A stretch of DNA of 64,000 bases from Chlorokybus atmophyticus (Eukaryota > Plantae > Mesostigma and Chlorokybus algae). How positions within the stretch are numbered: the first letter of the stretch is position 1; each line of letters starts with the position of its first letter. The DNA lies in the NCBI GenBank assembly GCA_009103225.1, contig RHPI01002090.1:122625-186624 (forward strand), given 5' to 3'. The translations under genes were made by a program, and so were the position numbers. Below, in pieces: positions 13,262 through 24,200 of this stretch. The notes beneath the pieces were generated by a model that was given only the letters and a program-made list of their open reading frames with translations, ran no database searches and was not told where the DNA came from.

Positions 13262-14861
13262 CGTCGCAAATTTTACACGGTGGCTGACCAGGGACTGAGG
13301 GACTGACGAGTGCCTGACCCTACCTGACCGTACCTAACCCTGACAACTTGGGCCAAAAAGGGACTGACTGGACTGCCGGTGTATATTGTGGATAACAATC
13401 AACGGCCGATGGCCTATCGTACAATATAATAGACTGCTGCTTGCCTGTCATGACCTGCTTGTAATATATGTCGACGGCCGACCGCCGGTCGTACAACACC
13501 CGCGGCGGCGACCTATCTGTTATGGCAATAAAGTTACCTCTCAGTCCCCTAGTTTTGACAAATGATACGGAATATTTACGTAATTAATACGACCGACCGC
13601 CGGTCGCATAGCATTGTGCAACGGTGATGTATCAAGAATGGCAAGCAAGTGACTTATCAGTCCCAACTTAGGGACGAGCGGTGGCGGTGAGTTGGGACAG
13701 GTATCTATATATGATACGATGGAAGTTTCTCAAGACAATGGTACGATCGTACCATTGATATGGTACAGCATTACCATATCGATACCATTACGATGGTACT
13801 ATTGTATTGGTACTTTAGTACCATTACGATGGTACAAAGTACCATGGTAATGGTACGATCGTGTCATAAGGGAAGCCGTTGAGTTTTTAAACTCAACGGC
13901 CCCCTTGTGAATTCAAACGCTAAGCCGCAACACAACGCTCAACTGTGCAAGTTGACTTGCACAGTTGAGCGTTGTGCTGCTGCTGCGGCGGCGGCGGCGG
14001 CGGCAGATATGTGCTTGTGTGCTTGTGCATGTCTTGTCGTGTAGTGCGCAGCAGCGCAGCCTGACCGCCCTTCCACCCTTCGTGTTGCAGGGCGGCCACT
14101 AGGCCAGGCCAGGCGGCGGCGGCGGCCGTCAGCAGGTGCGCTGTTGTTGTTGTTGTGGTGGTGGTGGTGGTAGTGGTGGTGGTGGTGGTGTGCATATGAT
14201 GTGTTGCGCCGCCCTAGCTGACCGCCCCTCTTTCCTCAGGACGACCAGGCTAGGAGGGCGGAAGCAGCAGGCAAGCGGCAGCACAAGACTTAGCGGCGGC
14301 AGACTGTAGTGTAGTAGGTCCTTGTAGTACTACTACCGTAGTAGTGTAGTAGTATACCGCAGTATGTTAGTAGTGGGGCTTGTATTGTGTAGATGACATG
14401 TATATGACTGTGATGTAACCAAATTGTGATATATGATTGCCGTCTTGCACAGTCGATGTCACACAAACGCAGTACCTACTAATCACTGACAGTACTTTAA
14501 GGTACCGTTAGTCATAACTAGGTACCTGGCAGCTAGGGACAGTTACCACAAAGTTGCCGGTACCTAATTGATAAGTACCGGTCAGATACCTGTTAGTTAG
14601 GCTAAGTCACCTTTGCTTGACTGATAGGTATCTTACAGGTACCGGTTAGTTAAATCAAGCCCCTTTTGCTTGACTGATAAGTACCTGACAGGTACTGTCC
14701 GTCTAGGTCAGTCCCTTTGTGTACGGCCGGGGACGGCCATTATACTCAGGTCTCTGTATTGAGATTACAGGTGGACTGAGCCACGACAGTTCAAATAAGT
14801 ATCCACAGGTGCACGGCCGTTACCAGTATTTAATCGGCCGACAAGGGAAACATTTGCGACG
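13262..14861. mobile_element. Non-autonomous 1.6-kb TIR element of unclear superfamily, inserted in a hAT transposase exon
   Basis: 10-bp TIRs CGTCGCAAAT (13262-13271) and ATTTGCGACG (14852-14861), flanked by AC on both sides (2-bp TSD). Removal restores GCA ACC AAG and the frame NTEGA-TKSAAYIARQIANAIQL. Subterminal GGGACTGA/TCAGTCCC, TACCTGAC and CGGCCG repeats. No credible ORF. Confidence 0.88.
13736..13976. repeat. Palindrome/hairpin cluster inside the 1.6-kb element
   Basis: Perfect 22-bp palindrome CAATGGTACGATCGTACCATTG (13736-13757); GGTAC/GTACC array to 13860; 12-bp stem hairpin 13875-13900; perfect 22-bp stem with 2-nt loop 13931-13976. Confidence 0.9.
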
Positions 14862-14936
14862 ACCAAGTCAGCAGCATACATAGCAAGACAGATTGCCAAC
14901 GCCATTCAGTTGGTGAGTTCAGCGTTCAAGGGTGTG

Positions 14937-15458
14937 TGTCACAGTCCACTCGACCACAAAAGACTTGGTGCTTTTATGGTCGATTTGTGGTAATTTAATG
15001 TACCTTCCTGTTACATTCCCCCCCACTTAAGAACGCTGACGTCCTCGGCAGCTGGCTCCCATTAGCTGGGGAATCATCCCAGGGGTCTGATTAGTCGGTC
15101 ACCGGCCCCACCACCCAAGGATCGGCTAATTTAGGCCATACCGGTCAAGGCGCGCATAGCGCGCCGCAGCTGGCCCCACAAGTCGCGTCGCCGCGATAGG
15201 CATGTCGCGCCCTGCCGCGCCGACTGAATTGGTCAGTTCGGACTTCCATTAGGCAAGTTGCGACCCATCGATAATGGCACTTATAAAATGACCATTTACG
15301 ATATTGGATCCGGAAACAACGACCGCGAAATCCGTGTGCAAAGCAGGCATCGAACCCGGATCTCAAGCTCCGATACCAATGTCACAGCCCACTCGACCAC
15401 AAAAGACTTGGTGCTTTTATGGTCGATTTGTGGTAATTTAATGTACCTTCCCGTTACA
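14937..15458 (-). mobile_element. TRIM (terminal-repeat retrotransposon in miniature), 522 bp, in an intron of the hAT transposase
   Basis: 79-bp direct repeats at 14937-15015 and 15380-15458 (77/79 identical), TG...CA termini, 5-bp TSD GTGTG (14932-14936, 15459-15463). On the minus strand: PBS TGGTATCGGAGC next to the 15380 LTR and PPT AAGTGGGGGGGAA next to the 15015 LTR. No coding capacity. Confidence 0.93.
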
Positions 15459-18244
15459 GTGTGGCAACTTTATTGCATGCAACAATCTGTTTGCTGATGT
15501 GTGCTTGTGCAGGTAGGTGCCAACTGTGCGGTGCAGGTGGTGACTGATAGCGCCAGTGCATGTGTCTCGGCTGGTGCCATCTTCTCAAGACAGTACAAGC
15601 ATGTGAGTTGGAGCCCATGTGCAGGTTATGTCTTGGACCTGCTGCTTGAAGACATCGGCAAAATGCCTTTCTTTGCTATGAACATCAAGAAAGGAAAGTT
15701 CCTTTTCAACTTTATCACAAACCATCACAAGAGTCTGGCTATATTCAGGTGCGTAGCATGTGGTTTGACACTGCAGGTTTGCTTGCGCATTTGCGTTTTC
15801 AAGTAGGCTTGCGGTAGCCTTACGTGGTTGCATACTCTATTGCAGGTCTAAGACCATCAAGACGCTGCTAAAGCCTGATGAGACGCGTTTCGCCTCCGCG
15901 TTCATCATGTTGCAACGGCTCTGGGATGTCAAGCCCGACTTGGCATAGACTGTTGTTGATGACGCCTGGTCATTATGGGCATTGCAGCATGGTGAGCATC
16001 GGCGAGGTGCTGAGTTAGTGAGAGAGCTAGGTTTGTCTTCGCAATTCTGGAAGCAAGTTGGGCAGATTATCTCGGCTCTTAATCAACATTGATCTAAGTA
16101 ATGTGCCAAACTGACGGTAATCATCCAACCACGGGTGAGTACAATGTTTGTGCTCCAAATGTGCATAAGGATATGCATAATGCTTATGCCATTGTCTGTG
16201 TGTGTAGGCAAGTTGCTAAGCACATGCGCGATGCATGTGAGACTCTGCAAGCAGCGGTGCTACCAAGGGCGCTACTGGAGGCTGCACTTGACCGCTTCGA
16301 TCATCGCTGGAACACGATGAAGACGGACTTGATGTGCGCTGGTTTTGTGTTGGATCCTGAGTTTTGGCTCATGGAGCAACATGAGGACAACGAAATTATG
16401 AATGGCTTCTTCAACATTGTGGAGAAGTTGTTGCCGGGTGCTGACAGCCAAGCACAATTTGCCCTTCAGCTTTCGCAGTATTGCAGTGGTCACGGGCTGT
16501 TCGGGCGTGACGTAGCCAAAGCTTCCGCAAGCCAAATGTCTGCTCATTAATGGTGGCTACAATTTGGAGGCAGTACACCAGAGCTGCAACGTGTTGCGGT
16601 GCGCGTCCTCGCTCAAGTCACTGTGGCATCGTCGTGTAAGCGCAATTGGAGTACATACGACTTCATCCACAGCAAGAAGCGCAACAAGTTGCGCACGTTG
16701 CGAGCACGCGACCTGGTGTGGGTGTTTAGCAATGTGCGCTTGTTGGACATCATTAGTGACATTAATTATGAGGAGCAGTTTGCAGCTTGGGAACCATCGT
16801 CATTGGAGGAGGAGGAGGAGGAGGAGGAGGAGAAGGAGGATGGTATCGGTAGCAATGCATCTGACTTGGATGATGACGAGCTCCTAGCTTTGAGACGGAG
16901 CTGCAGTAGTTGAGCGAGTTGGACATGATGTGATACGAGTCAGACATGGTGTAATATGAGAGTGTGCGCATGCGTGAGAGAGTGATCGCGCATGGAGTTA
17001 TTGCTGCTTTTGTTGCATGACAACAAGCACACTTATAACATGTGCTGCTTGATGGGCGTATCAGCCGTATTGGTGCAATTTCGGGCCGTATTGATACCCG
17101 CATTGAACATCAAACGCACCTGATACCGTATCAGTATCGTGCTACTATGCATGTGAATCCTACTAACGTTGAGTTACACCTCAATGTGCTGACCGTAACT
17201 CAGCCTCAACTCATGAAACATGACCCAAAATCCTTCATAACCGATGCGTTGCGCCACCGACACGCACACGCATGATAGGGGCGGGTGTGCAATGCTTTGT
17301 GCTTGTCACATTAGTCAACACATTGTTTTTTTTTATGTGGGGAAACTCTCAACTTTCACTTTTAAATGATTCACAGAGGCAGACTCCTTTGCATGGGGTA
17401 CCCACAATAGTGCACGATCGATGTACCGTGCACGCTAGGTGCAAGTGGTATTGTGCATAAGGTAGAGGGTGCCCACCTGTACAAGCATATAAGAGATGTT
17501 AACGCTAACAACTCTTCCATTATGTCTGTATGTCCGTAGCCATTGCGCAGTGCTTTATTACGGATATATTATTACGAATGTAGCAAGCAATGTGGCAATG
17601 GACACGTGCGTGCGGCCCAATGGGCTTGCTAACACATTAATACCTTTGACTCCTGAACTATTGCTGCCTTTAAGGGAGTATTGAATGTTACAATTCGCTA
17701 TACAACGGCATTTCGCTTATAGGACATTGACAATTCCTCGCAATACGGGGTGTGCGACCGTTCGTCTTACTTACGTATAAGGTAATATTCCCCCTTCCTC
17801 TATTGCAGGTCCCAACCACAACCCTTTTGCAGATTGATTTGTGGACTCATGACAGTCCTGGGGATGCGCTGCTTGGTAATATCCTAGGCCTAGTTACTGG
17901 TTGCGCGCCCACACATAACATTCAAGAGTTAGCGTGTAGAAATCTATGTCAAAGTATATATGAACATAAGGTAACCGTGCACACAAGGCAAGCGCACATG
18001 TATCAGGATAGCGAAGGCCAGCACTTGGACAAAAGCCTCTAAGCGACCACACCAGTAGAACACCAATAGCTTAACAATAGCTTATGACATGCAGCACTAC
18101 TGCTGGATGACAGCACACGCGCATGTTATTGGATCGCTTGGCAACGCAAAGCCGACAGCACCAGGCATCAACCGGCATGCAATAAACACGACGTCATGGT
18201 TGGCATCCAGAACTGCAATAATCTGCAATGCCTAGGACTGCTTG

Positions 18245-21200
18245 CTACCTAGTCTGCGTGACACCAGCAAACAACGAAGCCTCCTTATCAGAAGCACTGC
18301 TTGAGCTGGGGGTGGAGGTATCGCTGGTATCACTGGAGCTGCTGCCGCACTGTGCCTGAAAGCCAGCCACCGCGCCGCCACTGGTATGGACGGCAGCCAT
18401 GGTCTCTTGAGGAGACGGATTCTGATTCAAGTCTGGGATGTGAGCTGGGGCTGAGCTCGTGCCTGTCTCATTGCGTATGCCGGACCCGCGCAGACTCCCG
18501 TCATGGTCGGAACCGTGTCTCGCGTTTTCACCGGGCCGGTTGCGGCTAGGGCTGTGATCCCTCTCGTTCCACCTGTGGTCGCTTCCCTGGTGGTAGTGTC
18601 TATCTCGCTCCCTTTGCCTGTCGTACTGCCGATCCCTGTAGTAGCGATCCTGTTCGCGATCCCAGTCGCGTTCTCTTTCACGATCGCGATCGCGATCCCC
18701 GGTGCTGCGCAGACGGTCCCGCTCGTGGCCATCACGATCCCTACCCGAGGGCGGGCCGGGCCTTCTATCATAATCCTTGTAGCCTCCACGTTTGTCCTGA
18801 TGAGGGCTGTGATGATAGCCTTCCCGCTTGCGCACCCGGTCGCTGTTGTGCCTGTGGTCGTAGTAATGGCGATCGCCTTGTCGATCACTGGACGAGTACT
18901 TTCGCGCGTCGCGCTCGTTCCCGTAACCGCGATGACTGCCGCTTGCTTGCCACTGCTGCTTGCGCGGCGTGCTGTAGTACCTGTCGTCGGCCCCTTTACG
19001 TGCATCACCGCGCCAGCTGTCGTTGCGCCGCGACTCGCTGTGTTCACGCGACCACGGTTGGTCGCTGTTGTTATGTTGGGGATGGCTGGCTCGCGAAGGC
19101 GCCTGATCGTCACTCCGCACCTCTTGCAGATGTTGGCTGTCTTCACGAACCGGCGCAGAGCTGCGCTCTTCTCTGTTCGACAACGCTCCTGACACATTGC
19201 TGTGACTTCGCGACATGGCCGCATCATGCTGCCTCTCCCTGCTGCGGTCTTCCACACCGGTAGAGAAGCGCACGCCCGTATCAACTTGCGCTTCATTTGG
19301 AGGCGCATCGCGCACAAGTTCCTCATCCACATCAGCAGCTGCGACGGCTGCCACAGGAGCCACCTCAGGCGGTTCCAGGTTGAGGTCTGGGATGGATGGC
19401 CGGCCCGATGCTGTGCCGTCATCAACGGCACCTTCTGCATTGGCAGCCACTGCAGCTGGCGTTGCACCCGAGTGCGAGGGCTCGCGGACAAAACTTGTCG
19501 GCTCACTGAGAGGCTGCGATTGTGAGGCGGGCGGTGGAGGTGGTGGCACTGAAGGCAAAGGTGGTTGTTCTGGTGCAGACGGCACTGTCGGCAGCGGCGT
19601 CAACGGCGGTGGAGGAACATCGTTATCTACATGGGGCCTGAGTACCAAACACAGCGTTACACAAGCGCAAAGAAAAAGGACCTTATTGTCCAAGACAACC
19701 AATTTTGACTTTGACGCACCTCGTTGATGGCTCTGCAGAAGCACGAGCGTGAGGTGATGCCACAGCTAGTGCCTGGACACCAATAAGGTTTAATATACGT
19801 CACGAGCGCATTACAACAGCTGTGATGTCCGCGAGGATGTTGCTGAGACTAAACTTGCCTGTGGAGAAGGCCCTGATACCACCGCAGGTGTTGCAGATGG
19901 GGACCCGGCATCCTCAAGAACTGCAGCCTTCTCATGCATCAGCTGCATCAACTTCGTAACTTGCTCTGCGCTCAGCTTTTGGTCGAACAGCTCCTCCCCC
20001 ACACTCGCATCAGGCTTATATGTAACCACACGGCGAAACTCTGACAGCCGGATAGGCTCAAAGTGCTGAACTTGCTTCACACGCACTTGTGCTGGATATG
20101 CCGTGAGCGCGCCATCAGGACCTCTGGAGACTAGCGCATTGGGCTGCAGGTTCATGCCACCACGCGCAGTGCATTCGTACACTGGTATGAAAGCAACATC
20201 AGCACATGCACAAAATCGCACACAACGCTTACCGCCAGATTGACAGCCTGCATAATGCTCGGGAATGGTGCACATCATGTACCGCAGAATGCAGCAATAC
20301 TTGTGCATGACCAGCATGCCAATTTTTACATTGAAGTGCCTACCTCCATATAGGTAGCGGCTCTGCGTGTTGTACAGAAACAGCGCGGTGGCCCTATCGA
20401 TCTCGTCTATAATGGGCATCAACGCCTCCTTCTCGCCAAACAGCATGTGCTTAAAGCACGCGTCCATCGTGTCCCCCTCGCACCGGAAAACAAATCCTTC
20501 ACGGTACTGCACCCAGAGCGGAACTGGCAAGTGTAGACCTGTGGCAGCCTGCGGCAGCATTGGAGTCACTGGCTTGCTGTGAGGCTGGCGACCTCTGTAC
20601 TTCATCTTGAAATCTTCGTAAGTGTAATGCGTTTTCTGTGACATGGCTGTTGGTTCCCTTCCAGCAGAGCCATTGGCAACTGGTGCCTGACCAGACAACT
20701 TGATTGGGGAAGCTGGAAGCCGCTCGCGTTCGCGGTGACTTGGGTATCTCTCTCTGCACAGTGACATCATCAGGTTGCGTGATGCTACCAGAAACTTGTT
20801 AGGTCCACAGAGAGATGGAAGTGTGTGTCATGCACACGCAAGATAGAGCCCCAACTGTGCATAAAAGTTTAACTGTTGCATACCTTGGTTGACGGGGACT
20901 ACTAGCAGGAGTGCTGTGGTGCAACCTGGCTGCTGTCGAAGGAGGTGCTGCGCTGCGGTCAGCTAATTCCACGGCAGAGTTGGCTAGCGCATCTAAGCTG
21001 CCATTACTCATGCTGCGGACTGTCATGGCTGGTGCGCCAGGGGCTGCTGACAGCGCAGATCTGCAGTGAACAACACTAAGCTCAGTGCATTAAAGTCATG
21101 ACGAAGCCCGCGAATACTTGCCCTGCAGCAAAAGTAAACCAGCTGTACCTGCGAGGTATCCTGAAACTTTGGGGGCGGTCATTATTTACAGTGGACTGTA

Positions 21201-24200
21201 CGGTTCGGCCGTCAGCCTGTGCGCGGCTGTCAGGCTCTGGTGCGTCGGGTTGTGATGGTGGCTGCGGTGTCAAGTTTTTGGGACCTGTTGTAGTGCTTGG
21301 CTCTGCTGGTGACAACTCTAGGTGCGGCTCTTTTCGCTTGAAACGAGGGTATTGAATCTGATCCGCGGCCCGAGGTTGGCTGACATCCGCAGATATGTCT
21401 CCAGGAGCCGCGCTTCTAGCTATCTTAGCTTTCTTAGCTTGCTGGCGTTCTTCTTGACTTGGCAAGTCATCTAGGCGACGTTTGATACTTCCAGGCACGC
21501 TCTTGGGTGAGGATTTTTCAACATGTTCGGGCCCTTTCGCAGCGGCTTTCTTGTGCTCTGTGGCATGCTTGTTCGCGGATGCGTCTTTGGGAGAAGGTTT
21601 TACCTTGGACGACTTCAGCGCCTGTCACAATGCGGTATCAATACCAACGTTGCGCAAATGGCCACAGTGGCCACACTACACACGAGTCAACATCAGGCTT
21701 ACCAGCGGAGCGATTGTCTCAATATACGTGCGTGCACCATGAATCTCCGCCTCGCTGTACGAGGCGAGATCAAAGTTGAGTCTATCTGCCTTTTCCTTTC
21801 CATGCAGCGCCAACATGGCCGTGTCAAATGCCCGTGCTGCCACTTCAGGTCGCACATAACTACCCAAGTATATCTGGTTCGTACTGACCGGGTTGCGAAT
21901 CTGTTGAAAAGCAACACATGTGTGAGCGGTGTTACAGTTACAAAGAGCAACAAGCCTGTGATAGCTTCATTCATCAACACTGATCAACAAGGTGCTTGCC
22001 TGAGCACGAAACTTGCCCTGTCCCCGCTGCCCGACTCCACGCCACCCTTTGTCACTCTCTTTGGACTTCTCACCACGGTGTACGGGCTTGGGCGGCTCAT
22101 CAAAGGAATCCCACACTGACTGTAGCACTACTGAAAAGCGCCGCCTGGCTGCTGCCGCTGCACCCTCAGCGGCTACAACCGCGTCTGCAGTCGCTGCCTC
22201 AGCAGGTACGTGGTTGACCACGTTTGCAACTGCAAGCACGCACAAGTTAACATTGGGTTGTGTCGTTTCGAGCGACGGTAGTAAGGGCAACGACGATGTC
22301 TTTTGGCAGCACCTTCGACACCAGGCAGCTGTTCCAGTGAACATATCTCCTTCGTTTCCAAGAGCACTGCTCTACTGTAGAATAGCTCAGGATCTTGGTC
22401 CTCCTCTTCAAGACGGGGATTGCGAGAGTCCTCCCATGTGCAGTTGACTGTACACCTCTTCAACACAGCATCCTGTGCATAGCATAAGCAATGCCGCCAA
22501 AATGAGCGAGCCGTGCATCTCTTCATCAACTCCCCATCAGCAAAAAGTTGCATTAGACATACCAATGGTCTCTCCTCAACACGATCACTAAGAAACAACT
22601 CTTCCGCGCCACCTTTGTTCTCAGTAGGCACATCGATGCCCAACCTATCCAACTCAGGCTTCCGACAAAAGAAGCGCCCCTGAACGCGCAGATTACGGCA
22701 CACTGTGTATGCTTGACACATGTCATCAAACATGCATTACAGGTGTTTGTTGCGCTGTACCCACCTTAAACATCATTTCCTTATTGGGCGTCTCAAACAA
22801 TGCAACCAGCTTGGCAACCTCTGGAGGCTGTTAGCATGTGCCAGTGTATCAGTTTGCACACAAGCAGAGTGAGACCTTGCTTTCTCCGAGCAGCTTGCTG
22901 ACAGTGACTTGCCTGGCCGTCAACTTCAGTGCGCAGCTGAATGCACTCTCGCACGTATATCTCTCTATTGTTTATAAACATAGACCGGTAGTACTGCCGG
23001 TTATTGTGCTTGTTCTTCCACTTCTGTCCCCAAGAATGGGTGACAAGAGTCTCAGAGCTCACACTCTCATCCATGAGGCGAACATGCTCATGGGGTATTC
23101 GTGTCTCTTCAACTTCATCATCCTGCATGCACAGTCAACCCAAAGCGCAGCGTCAGGACACGAGTACAAGCATACATTCCATGCAGTCGTTGCATACTAT
23201 GGCATGCTGATGTACATGGCTGTGAAGTGGAGGAAAGACGGGCACAGACACAGAGTCACGATGCAAGATCAGGTCAACATGCGTGAAAGCTGCCCTGAAA
23301 TACTTCAAGTCTGCCTTCACTCATTTTCACCAACTAAGCTCGAACAGCAGCGCACCTCGTAAAAGATGGTGAACAGCTGCGTGCTGGGGTTGTAAGCTGC
23401 TATTGTGCCTGGGTACCATTCGTTGTCATCGATCCAGAAGATCTCAACCTTCCGGGCGATGAGGGAAGCAGGATCACTGAGCGATCCCCCGCTGCTGCTG
23501 CGCGGGCGCTGTTTGCTACGCTGCCGTCGCACCACAGCCTTCTGAGGCTCGGCACCGTCCGGGGACTGCAGATCCGGCTCATCCGCACTTCCAGCTGGCA
23601 CGAGCGGCTCCTCATCGTCAGAATCTGGCTCAGAGGCTGCTGCCGCTGCTTCCGGCACACCAACCTCTATCTGCAGCTTCTTCTTCTCAGGTGGTTGATC
23701 CCTGCTTGTCGGCATGCCGGAAGCCAACCACTCGTCGTACGCGCCTTTCACTAAGCAGAACCCGCCACCCTGAATCCTGACCCTCTCAAATGGCGCGCCC
23801 GCACGGCTGAGCACGGAGTTGACATCATTGTGCGGCCTTAGGCAGGACTTTGAGAAGCTGTACAGGTCCATCTCCTTCACTTTGCTGACTATTTCTTTGA
23901 GGGTCAGGCGCTGGCCCGGGCCAGCCAACACCAGCACAACGCAGCAAGCGCGAACCAGCTGTTCATCGCTGCACGTGCGCTCAGCAAACGCAAAAGCACG
24001 CTGGAGCGCTTGGTCCTGTTCTACCCCCCGCGGCTCCGACTCCTTGACCTGCACTTCCTCCACAACATGGGGCTCGACGTGCTCCTCCTCCATGTGCTCA
24101 AGCAAGGCTGCGTCGTCGTCAAGCTTGGTGGCATCTGACTTAAATACGGGCTCCACGCCAAAGTTGGGGTCGTCAACCTCGTCCATCCACTCTTCCCACT

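Larger units (their letters stand above)
12557..16913 (+). pseudogene. Disrupted hAT transposase (BED zinc finger, DUF659-type catalytic region, C-terminal hAT dimerisation domain)
   Basis: BED: CIYCKKRFQGGVTRIRAHL. DUF659-type: GCTITSVG*TDVNSRPLLN (SDGW decayed), VQVVTDSAS, WSPCAGYVLDLLLEDIG. Also LLKPDETRFAS, CAGFVLDPEF, WWLQFGGSTPELQRVAVRVLAQVTVASSCKRNWSTYDFIHSKKRNKL. Several stops and frameshifts, two insertions, and GT-AG introns at 14913-15512, ~15749-15844 and ~16133-16208. Confidence 0.93.
12199..17149 (+). mobile_element. hAT DNA transposon (4951 bp including two nested insertions)
   Basis: Perfect 16-bp TIRs CATAGTAGCACGATAC (12199-12214) and GTATCGTGCTACTATG (17134-17149). Perfect 8-bp TSD CATGTGAA (12191-12198, 17150-17157). 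Subterminal GATAC/CCGTAT repeats at both ends. Internal transposase relic. Confidence 0.95.

Noticed and set aside
13920-14195. Poly-Thr/Ala/Pro ORF inside the 1.6-kb element
   Set aside because: Translation of triplet microsatellites and a hairpin; not a transposase.
17752-18042. ORF with IDLWTHD..GDALLG, faintly C2-domain-like
   Set aside because: Only a few matching residues; no supporting exons.
18301-19727. Long ORFs 18301-18549, 18427-19506, 18503-19192, 19215-19727
   Set aside because: Antisense or alternative-frame shadows of the GC-rich low-complexity last exon of the chromatin gene.
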